Source: Octopus vulgaris (lineage: Eukaryota). From it: DNA of 64,000 nucleotides. Location: assembly GCA_951406725.2 (NCBI GenBank), contig OX597822.1:47244001-47308000 (forward strand). The letters run 5' to 3'. The notes below the pieces were generated by a model. That model saw only the letters and a program-made list of their open reading frames with translations, had not been told where the DNA came from and made no database searches. Position numbers and translations under genes: made by a program. Positions 53,950 to 64,000 of the stretch are shown piece after piece; position 1 is the first letter of the stretch, and each line of letters opens with the position of its first letter.

Positions 53950-54522
53950 ATGGTATAGCTAGTTACCTTATTGTGTTGATAAGGTCAGCTGTTTCTGTTA
54001 TTTGCTGTACATATAATTATATCATTGGGTCACCTAAAATTGCCAATGACTCCAAACTACTGTATCTATTGTAAATATATGAAAACCTGACAGGTACAGC
54101 TAGCTTCCTTATTGTGTTTGATAAGGTCAGCTGTTTCTATTATTTGTTGTACATACCTAATTATTATGGCAAGAAGAAGAGTTTTAGTTGTAAAGCCCGC
54201 TGATTTAGTGGGGTCTGATGTTGCTTGAGAGATGGGTGGGGGACTATGTTTTGATTGGGAAGTGTGTTTGAGAGTGATGATGATGATGATGATGAAGGGA
54301 TGGGTGGAGTGTAGTGAGTGTGAGACAGTTGTGGTGGTGATGAGTATGAAAGGGTGGTGGTGTTGTGGAGTATTTGGTGAGAGGTATGTTATTGCAGTGG
54401 TGCTGTGAGTGAGGTTTAAGCCTTCAGTATTTAAAACAAACCTTATCCGGCCACTATTTCTAGCTGTTTTACGTTCAAATCGTCTGGATCTGGCCTCTCA
54501 CACCTACCCTATGGTGTCATTC

Positions 54523-54711
54523 TGTGGTTGTGTGGTACGAAGGTTACTTCCTGACCACATAGTTCTGAGTTCACCCCCACTCTGTGGCAGTTTGGGTAAC
54601 TCTCTTCTCTAGCCTTAAGTTGACCAAAGCCTTGTGAATGGATTTGGTAGATAGAAACTGAAAGAAGCCCATCGTATATATATATTATATGTATATTATA
54701 TACATTATATG

Positions 54712-54806
<95 letters not shown>

Positions 54807-55270
54807 CGTATGGCTCAGTGGTTGTGAGGTTGTGAGCTCGAATCCCGGACTGGGCTGCGTGTTGTGTTCTTGAGCAAGACACTTTATTTCACGTTGCTCC
54901 AGTTCACTCAGCTGTAGAAATGAGTTGCAGCGTCACTGGTGCCAAGCTGTATCGGCCCTTGCCTTTCCCTTCGATAACACTGGTGGCGTGGAGAGGGGAG
55001 GCTGGTATGCATGGGCGACTGCTGGTCTTCCATAAACAACCTTGCCCAGACTTGTGTCTAGGAGGGTAACTTTCTAGGTGCAATCCCATGGTCATTCATG
55101 ACCGAAGGGGGTCTTTACCCTTACATATACACGTGTGTGTGTTTGTCCCCTACTACTACTGGACCACCAGTGTTGGTGTGTTTACGTCCATTGTTAATAG
55201 TTTGTCAAAAAGAGACCAATTTAAAAATAAAATATGTTGGAGTCAAAATTCTTCAAGGTTGTGCCCAGGG
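54523..55270 (+). mobile_element. Family A SINE with a full family D SINE (54807-55121) nested in its microsatellite
   Basis: Order: A 5' half to gaagcccatcg, (TA)n, D element ending gggggtctttaccctt, then the A 3' half starting gtttgtcccc. Confidence 0.85.
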
Positions 55271-55354
55271 TTGTGTTTTGATGCAGGAGTGGGGGGAGCG
55301 AATGTTAATAAGTTGTAACAAATGTAATTATTGCATATCTTCATGTTCTGGTGT

Positions 55355-55650
55355 ATAGCTTAGTGGTTAAAGTGTTTGGCTCATGACCGTAAGGTGGCGA
55401 GTTCGATACCTGGTGCCGTGTTGTGTACTTCAGCAAGACGCATTATTTCACATTGCCCCAGTCCACTCAGCCGACAAAAGTTAAGTAGTAACTGTATTTC
55501 AAAGGGCCAGCCTTGTCACATTCTGTGCCATGCTGAATCTCCTTGAGAACTATGTTAAGGGTACGCGTGTCTGTGGAGTGCTCAACCAATTGCGTGTTAA
55601 TTTCATGAGCAGGCCGTTCCGTTCGTTGATTGGTTCAACTGAAATGCCAT
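55355..55650 (+). mobile_element. SINE with an E/D-type head and core and a family C tail
   Basis: tagtggttaaagtgtttggctcatgaccg...gagttcgatacc...cagtccactcagc, then tgtatttcaaagggccagccttgtcac...gcaggccgttccgtt. Confidence 0.8.
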
Positions 55651-55850
55651 TAACACCATTGCAGTGCAGTACAACATTGTTTAATTGTTGCATGCTATTT
55701 TCTTGTATATGCAACTAACTTCCTTACCAACCGATTAAGAACCATCATCGTCGTACTTTTGAGCCTTTGCGTTCAAAATTTAATAAAGTGATTTATATTC
55801 TCATGTGAAGACAAACTTCTGATCTTTGCTTGTTTGTTTATTTTTTCCAG

Positions 55851-56010
55851 ACCCCGCCCCCTATCACCAAAAGCCCAACTTGAACAAGAGAAGCGAATCC
55901 GTCGTGAAATTGCGAACAGTAATGAACGGAGACGAATGCAGAGCATCAATGCTGGCTTCCAGTCCCTGAAGACGCTGCTTCCACATCATGCTGGCGAGAA
56001 GCTCAGTAAG
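55851..56010 (+). CDS. TFAP4: Internal coding exon of transcription factor AP-4 (bHLH basic region, helix 1, loop)
   Basis: Translates to (x)PRPLSPKAQLEQEKRIRREIANSNERRRMQSINAGFQSLKTLLPHHAGEKLSK, nearly identical to the AP-4/cropped bHLH I recall (RRIRREIANSNERRRMQSINAGFQSLKTLIPHTDGEKLSK). Acceptor tttgtttattttttccag ends at 55850; donor AAG|gtaagg starts at 56011. Phase 2 in, phase 0 out. The helix-2 exon (AAILQQT...) was not seen in 56011-64000. Confidence 0.96.
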
Positions 56011-57737
56011 GTAAGGTGGCAGGCTATTGTACCAAACTAGGTAGTATTATTGTAGATCTGGTTTGATAATCTCTTAGTCAGTGCTATAAGAAATATTTTT
56101 AAATGTTATTATTTTTAGTCTAGTTTAAGAATAACAGCAGAATATTTACTGTCGGGCTGACTCAATACCGAGAATAGAGAAAAGTTCGAATTGACAAGGT
56201 TTCATCTACTGGATATGTGTGTGTGTGAGTGTGTGTGTGTGTGTGTGTGGTTAAGAAGTTTGACCATGGGTTGAACCCCACTTGGCAGCCGCCTTCTACT
56301 GAAGGCCCAGGCCAATCACATTCTTGTGAATGGATTTGGTTGACAGAAAATGAACGAAGCATGTGTGAGTGGTTCTGTTTTCAGATGTGTTGTTGATTAG
56401 TTCCCTGGCCAGCTGCGTTCCAGCTGTGACCATCTTGCCTTTTCCACATGCATAATGGACATGCATAATGTGCCCGTTGGGCACATTATCGAATGTGTTT
56501 TTAAAGACAAGTGTGGTTCGAGGAGATTTAGCTGTTATCTCTAGCATTTATCATGACCCCCCCCGCAGAGGTTTCTTAGTTGGCTCGAGAACACGCTGTA
56601 CGTCTTTTAAATCGTGGAAACATGAAAGAGAATCAAAAGTGACTGCTCACAGTGCCTGTTTCTCTCAGATATTCTAAGTGTGAAGTGGAGAGAGTACGTG
56701 TGAAGAATTCGATTAAAATTCCTTTTGTTATTGTATATACAACGAAAAACACACAAAAGAGACACGGAGATTGTGTGAAATGATAGACGAGAAAGGCGGG
56801 AAGAGATAAAAACTGTGTGTGTGTGTGTGTGTGTGTGTACGTACGTGATTCTGTATTATGTTTGTGTGTCTGTTGTTCACAGACAAAACTGTTGCTGTTG
56901 TTATTTTATTTGAGTAGTTTCATTGACAAGTTTCACCTGTCAAGAGATTTTTTTTCTTCTTCTCCCTTCCTTCTGTCTTCTGCTAATGCAACTTCTCTTT
57001 AATGCCAGCAGCGGGTAATAATAATAGTACGTGGACAGACTGAAGTTTGGCGGGAGTATATAGCTATTTTAAGGAAGTTAGCAGCAGGATTTAAGCAGTA
57101 AAACACAGTTGAAGCAAAGAAGAAAAGCACCATTAACGGAGAAGTACGAAAGAATTTCATGTTTTGGGCCTTGTCTTTTGTCTGAGTGATGAAGACAGAG
57201 AATGTGTTGTCCCCTTGGTTGTAGATACTTGGGGAAATAAAATCAAACTACAGTAAACTATAACACAAGCTTGAAATGTTATATTCTTCATTCCTCAGTG
57301 AAATGAAACGCCGTCCTCAAATTCTCTTCTATTGACTTGAGTGTATACACAGACTTGATAAACCATCAAAATTGTTTCTACTTACGAGGTCATTCAGCTT
57401 TTAGAAATAAACGGCCAAAATCTCCCTTAAATCACAACCGATTGTCTTTAAAAAAAAACTACATTTGATAGAATAGTCCAAGATACTATTCCTTAAAAAA
57501 AAAAAAAGACAGGTTGGCCAGTCCTGCCATACTTTTATGATGGTAGACTTAATCTGTTACTTAGATTAACATAACCACGTTGGTAAAACTGGGTGACTGG
57601 GTGGAGTTTACTCTTTGAAACCATTCGTGCCATGTCTCGGGTTTGCAGATTCCTTCCTCTGGAAAAATCTTGGTCAATGCAGTCCCTGATATGCGCATAA
57701 TGACATCCTGCCTTGTATATTATAGAATGACCATTGT

Positions 57738-58097
57738 AGAGGCGCAATGGCTCAGTGGTTCGGGCAGGAGACTTGAGGTTGTAGGATCGCGGTTTTGATT
57801 CCCAGGCCGGGCGTTGTGAGTGTTTATTGAGCGAAAGCACTACGAAGCTCCGGCAGGGGGTGGTGGCGAATCCTGCTGTATTCTTTCACCACAACTTTCT
57901 CTCACTCTTCCTTCCAGTTTCTGCTGTGCCTGTATTTCAAAGGGCCAGCCTTGTCACGCCGAATCTCCCCGAGAACTACGTTAAGGGCACCACGTGTCTG
58001 TGGAGTGCTCAGCCACTTGCACGTTAATTTCACGAGCAGGCTGTTCCGTTGACCGGATCAACTGGAACCCCTGTCGTCGTAACCGACGGAGTGCCAC
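57738..58097 (+). mobile_element. SINE family C, near full length, CpG-intact
   Basis: gaggcgcaatggctcagtggtt (A box), ggttttgattccc (B box), ending gtcgtcgtaaccgacggagtgcca. Confidence 0.9.
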
Positions 58098-58144
58098 GAG
58101 AATGATCATTAGTTTTAAATTTGGAGCTAGACAATAAATGCGAA

Positions 58145-58400
58145 GGGGCGTGGCCTAGTGCTTTAGGGTGTTGCCCTCATGATCGCAACATCATGATTCC
58201 GATTCCCGTACCAAGCGTTGCTTTGTGCTCTTGATTAGAACATTTCATTTAGCGTTGCTCCGGTGCACTCAGCTGGTTAAAATGTGTAACTTAGCGACTG
58301 GCTGGAGCTCTTTTCAGGAGGAATGTTGTGACATCGGTTACTTTGTACGCCATGGCAACTAGGTAAACTGCCCCTGAAACCTAGGACTCGAGACTATTTG
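58145..58400 (+). mobile_element. SINE family E copy
   Basis: ggggcgtggcctagtg...gatcgcaac...ctaggactcgagacta; homologous to 18883-19130. Confidence 0.75.
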
Positions 58401-58916
58401 CCTTTTAAACAATGAGTTGAATCCAAAGGAACTAGTGATGGTCTCTGTCGAGAAAAACTAATGAGTAAAATAGGACCAGTCGTATGTCGCAAGAACAAGA
58501 AATTTAGCGTTTCAACTAAGAGAATCTACGAACTCCTTTATTTTCATTGTGTACGGCAGGGTTCCACATATGTGTAAACAGATTGGATTAAAAAATAAAA
58601 GAGGAAGTACCCTTCATGTGGCAAGAACTCCATGAGGGAACAAAAAAGATCCACTTGAAGTAGAGCTCTTTCCAAAATGCTGGAGCCCACTTCTTTATTA
58701 CACATAATCTTATGTCACTTAGGCATTATGGGAAAGGTGTGTGTGTGTGTCTGGATGGATATATATATATATAACGGATGGGAGAATGGTGTATAAAGTA
58801 GGTAGAGCGTTGGATAAAATATAAATGTTTTGCAGTATTTGGTCAAGTTGAAATCCTGTTGTAGTCGACTCTTGCTTTGCATCCTCCTTGGTTCAATAAA
58901 ATAGAATTACTAACAC

Positions 58917-59667
58917 TTTTATGTCACTTTTGAGTTGTTTGTAAATACTTCCCTACCTTATATAAACCGCACTTTTTTCCCCCCCGTAAGTTAAATGTCC
59001 CAAAAAATCAATCTACGTTTTATAAACACAAAGTTGGGGTTTGTTATTGCTGTTGAGGGCCTACTAAGCTTGAAATGTATCTTATTAGCCTTGGGTCAAT
59101 AAAATAAAATTGCTAACCTGGGAATTGATGTAACAAGCGTCTACACTCAACCTCCATATATAATATATATATATAAATATATATATATATACATGTATGT
59201 ATATATGTGTGTGTGTGTGTTTGTATATCGTTGCTTTCTATTTATGTAAGATATTATTTTCAGTTTCTTCGAAGCTGACTGCATTCATCCCTTTGAAGTC
59301 AGCACGTTATATGCTAGTCAGCTGCTGGGAGATCAATTAAAAATAGTCAGTGCTCTCCTCTAATATTTGTGATCTTGTGGCAATATTAGAGATCATTAAT
59401 TTATAAACAGTATACAGTTCAAATGTAAATAAATTGGTTTATTGTGAGGAAAATGTCTTTCGAGCACAAAGAACCTTCGTTAGACGCCACCGTTTTATGT
59501 CACTTTGGAGTTGTTTGTAAATACTCTCCTACCTTATATAAACCGCACTTTTTTGTCCGTATGTTAAATGTCCCAAAAAATCAATTTACGTTTTATAAAC
59601 ACAAAGTTGGGGCTTGTTATTTATTGCTGTTGAGGGCCTGCTAAACTTGAAGTGCATCTTATTAGCC
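58917..59667 (+). repeat. ~175-bp local direct duplication (58917-59090 and 59493-59667)
   Basis: ttttatgtcacttt(t/g)gagttgtttgtaaatac ... tcttattagcc is present twice with scattered substitutions. Confidence 0.92.
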
Positions 59668-60192
59668 GTTATATACGCCAATTACCTATGCAACTAGTTT
59701 CCCCGTTGTGTTTACTATTATTTTGTGTTAGGGTCCCCTTCGATTGCAGATCAAATATGATTTTATAATATTTTTCATAGAAAAAAAAAAAAAAAAGAAA
59801 AGAGACCCCTCCCCCCATCACCCAAACATAAATACGACATTATATCGATAACGCGTTGCTAACGGCGTTATCCTGTTATCTTACTAATATATAATATCCC
59901 AGTCTAGTTTTAATGTTTAATTGGAAATTAAATAAAAGCCTTTGCAGTATTTAATTTAGTCTTTCTGTATTCCTATTCTAAACCTTGCCGTAGTCGATTT
60001 CCATTACGTTTATCCTTCTGACAGATATGTTTATTATTGTTTTGTGTTTAAGCATGTTGAATGGTTTAACATAGAAGCACCCGCAATGATGTGTGCGCGC
60101 GCGGTGTGTTTAGGAATAGGGAAGATGTATTGTAAGAGAAAGAGAGAGGAAGAGAGACTTTCCTTAAGGACACATGGCAAAATAGTGGGAGA

Positions 60193-60236
<44 letters not shown>

Positions 60237-60255
60237 CACCCTCTCTTTCTCATTC

Positions 60256-60319
<64 letters not shown>

Positions 60320-63072
60320 GAAAGAGAGAGAGGGTGGAAAGGAATCTGTTAAAAACATTAAGAGAAGAGAAGAGATGAAATATATGAAGGGACTGGCAGT
60401 TTTACTGACTCACTGAGTGGAGGAGGTATTGTTACACAGGTAGGAGGAGAAAGCAATGAAAGGCAGATACATAAATATATAAAAAAAAAAGAGGTACAGG
60501 TGGAGAGAGGAGACAAAGAGAGGGTAAAGTTCACTGGAGGAGTAAAGAGAAATAGAAGGGCGGAGGAGAAAAGAAAGACCAGCGTGAGAAGAAAATTGAA
60601 GGTGAAAGGAAGAGATTTAGAAGAAAACGGGGAGTTCTCAGGCAAAAACGAGAAAAGTAGTACACCAAAATTTCAGAGGACAAGTGCCAGGCTTTGTGAA
60701 GAGTGTTTCTATTGAACTGCTGTTCTCGCAGTAGCACCATAGTGTATCTAGGACTCCATTATTTGATGTCCTTTTTTTTTTAAAAAAAAGCCCTTAAAGT
60801 AGGATTTAAGCTCATTCTGTCGTTGATTCGTAATATATGTTGTATTGTGAGGGTTCGTGAAAATTGAAGGCGGAAAAACTGGTTTAAGAGAGATTGAGGA
60901 AATTTGAAAGTAAAGGAAGACAGCGAAAGCTAAAGAAGTATAAAGTACAAAAGTAAAGGGCTTTGTAAGAAAGGGACAGACAGTAAAAACTGTGGATTTA
61001 GGACACAGGTGTGATATATATATATATATTTGTGTGTGTGTGTGTGTGCCAGTGTTGTTAGGAAACAGCGTAAGGGACACAGGAAGTGAGCGGTAGTAAA
61101 AGTTGCATGCGAGAGTAGGAAGGTAGAGAGATAAGCACAGTGAGAAAAAGATTGGTGGTAGTGAGGATATTAAGCTTATTTGTACAATGTAATAAAAGAA
61201 AGAAGAAAAAAAACACCTGTCGGAGGGACAAACTGAAAACTCTGGATCAGTCAGCATGGAGAAGAGTAACAGTAACCTTTCTCTGTGTCTCTCCCTCTCT
61301 CGTTCCATCTACACGCGCGCGCACACAAACACATACGTCTCGGTACACACACACACTCTCTATTTCTCCCCCTTTGAATACAAGCTCATCCTCTCCCGCG
61401 CGCACTCAAACGGTATATACACATACATGTGGGCTATACGCACAATTATATACATGTGCACTTTACACCTTTCAGACATATCTATTCATACGTTTATTTC
61501 ACTTGCATGAACACACACACACACACACACTCGTATTTCATGCGCACACCACGAGTGTTGATAATATTTCTGCCGTCTTTTTCTTACTTCCACCCATGTT
61601 CTTTCTCTCTCACGCCTCGTATGTGTTTGGTTGACAGACACCTAACACCATCTATTCATACATCCACATTCACGCACAATTTCACAGACATACATGCACA
61701 ATTACTTCTGCACTCGCACACAATTACGTAAATATAGACGGAGGCTAGTTGTGCGTTTGTACTTTATCTAGAATTGTGAACGTGGGGGACATGTCAGTAC
61801 TTGTCTTTTGTCTCTGACACAATATCTACAAGATAATACGGAGACTGTGAATAGATGTGAAGTGATTAAACGGTTTCCACACTCATTGCTCCTCCCTACC
61901 AAATCTATGTGCAAGCATACCTCAACTTAGGTTGTTTTCGATTTACGCGTTTGTTTTTTTCCCTTTTTAAGGAATTAATGGTAAAAATAAAACCTAACTT
62001 CAGTCGATTTATCCGATTCATGCCAGTTCCTGTGAATGTATTTAATAGCGTAAAAGTGTTGTAAACAACACCTGAAAACCAACACTAACGCGGGAAATCA
62101 AATAAAATACATGTGAAAATATGTATAAATCATTTATTAAAACACGATATAAGCTAATTAAATTGGGTAAAAGAAAAAATCTCCACGGTACGTCGTTTTT
62201 CTAGTTAAGTCGCACACCGCGTCTGAAGTTGAGGTTTTATTTGATTTGTCCGTAGTCATTTGATTACGGCCATCCTGGGGCACCGCCATGAAGAATTTTT
62301 TAAGTCAAACAAATCGACTCCAGGACTTATTTTTAATATTAAGCAAATATAGTAGACAAAACCATCTGTCGTGGGAACAACTCCGGCGTGGAGTAGAAAA
62401 GTAACGTTAACCCGTCTGTCTCTCGTCTCTTACTTACTTCACACATATAAACAGATTTTCTCCAAACTTTTATCTCTCTCTCTCGCGTACAATCTCTCGC
62501 GCCTATCACCTATAACAGACACGCACCGTTTGCTGTATGTGCATGTAGGTTTAATCTTGCTATTTGGTAAAAAAATTACAGCTATAATTGTCAAACCGCT
62601 GAATTACGGAACATCACAGTGTAAACAAACTTACGAACACAGACTCGCGCACATGTGTATACACACTCACATACGCAGAGAAAGGATTTTTTATATTTTG
62701 TTTCAGTCATAGGCCTGTGGCCATGCTGGAGCACTACTTTGAAAGGTTGAACAGCTTGATCCCACTTTTTAAAAAACTTCTATTAATCGTTCCGGGGCTG
62801 TAGTAGAAGACACTTGCTCAAGGTACCGTGGTGGGTCGGAACCCGAAGGCACACGGGGGTTACAAAAACCAGCTTCTTAACCACACAGCAATGCCTGCGT
62901 TTCTCTGGTCGTTTACAAATCGGCGTAACTTCGGTATAAGTACCGGATACATTTCAAGAAAGTGGTTTTTTTCTTTATATATATGGGGGGTTAGGGTTTG
63001 TGTTAGGGGTGGGAGAAAAGGGTTTCTGTTATCTTCAGAAATGTAAACAAAGTCACGTGTGTACTCTCCCGT

Positions 63073-63355
63073 TATTATGTGTGGGGTGCAGTTGAGCGAG
63101 AGACCAACAAAACTCCTTGTAACACCAAAGATGAAATGAAGGCAAGGATTATCGCATCATTCACCAACTTAATCAAGAAGACCGTCCAGAAGAGATGCAG
63201 GAGATTCCGAAGTCTTCTGGAGGCTGTGGTTGAAGCCAATGACGATTTTATTGAATAAATTTAATATATTCTTTTGTAATTTTGGTAAATATCTGTAAAA
63301 TTGTTATTTTCATTTTTGCGTAATTTAGACGACAGTTTATTCACTTCATCTTGTG
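63073..63355 (+). mobile_element. 3' fragment of a Tc1/mariner-superfamily transposon (transposase C-terminus and probable right end)
   Basis: 63073-63258 reads YYVWGAVERETNKTPCNTKDEMKARIIASFTNLIKKTVQKRCRRFRSLLEAVVEANDDFIE*. This is the typical tail after the PDLNPxD motif (DYxVW...RLxAVIxAxG). Confidence 0.85.
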
Positions 63356-64000
63356 TGTATGTGAACATATTAAAAAAAAACCCAAACAGCGGTGGTGCCC
63401 CAGCATGGCTGCGACCTTCGGGCTAAAACATTTTTAAGGATTTAATGATTTATACCAAAAGTACTGGGATCTGTTTGTTTTGACTAAAACCTTCAAGTCT
63501 GCCTTCCAGCATGGCTGCAATCCAATGATTGCAATGACTAAACGATAAAAGCTATAGATAAGGCAAGTACGTAATTCATTTTATTGAAATAAGTTAAGTG
63601 TTTTATTTAGCAAAATAAAGGAACAAGGGTAACCAAATTTCTGACCATCTACTTGCAGGCTGGGTCCTCCGAATTTGCCTCTAAAGAGCATCTTCCTCAT
63701 TTTTCCATTAGTGCTCCCCTGGCTCTTGATAGTGTATTGATGTGCCCTCATTTGTGGGCTGCTGGTATTCTCTCCCTACCCTGCATCTTTCTGATAGTCT
63801 TTGATTTTTCTTTTGGCTTCATCACCCAATCAAATAGTGTTACTTTCGTGCACGGTCTACTGTAGTATCTGTAGTCTATGCTGTGAAATGACCTAATCTG
63901 GGTTATTATTGGTGTTAGGGTTAGGTTAGATTGCACGTAAAAGTGTAAATGATCTATTGGAATGCATGCTTAATACCAGGGAATGTGGATGCGTTTGCAT

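Noticed and set aside
57738-57810. tRNA genes at SINE heads (also ~18883, 51708, 54807)
   Set aside because: A and B boxes are present but continue directly into SINE bodies; I could not build a clean cloverleaf.
63659-63865. Acceptor acttgcag|GCT as the AP-4 helix-2 exon
   Set aside because: It reads AGSSEFASK, not the expected AAILQQT.

Overview
Eukaryotic, AT-rich, repeat-dense DNA, very probably from Octopus. This assignment is based on the SINE repertoire, which I recognise from memory and have not searched. The only firmly identifiable host coding sequence is one 160-bp exon (55851-56010, +) encoding the basic region, helix 1 and loop of the bHLH factor AP-4 (TFAP4/cropped). Its next exon was not found in the window and its upstream exons are only candidates. 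The rest is intronic or intergenic: several tRNA-headed SINE families (often nested in one another), decayed LINE pieces (Tx1/L1-like, R4/Dong-like, RTE-like), a Tc1/mariner transposase tail, hAT- and piggyBac-type MITEs, a Helentron/HINE-like element and abundant microsatellites. Almost all ORFs in the supplied track are microsatellite or repeat artefacts. I found no prokaryote-type system (no CRISPR array, operon or rRNA) and cannot claim a new biological system. The most notable unexplained structures are a ~30-kb CpG-depleted domain (~24.5-54.5 kb) containing candidate antisense non-coding exons, several fold-back structures that are possible ADAR substrates, a templated local insertion and a chimeric SINE. 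Repeat boundaries were estimated by eye (about +/-20 bp) unless a TIR or TSD is quoted. Family labels A-G are my own.
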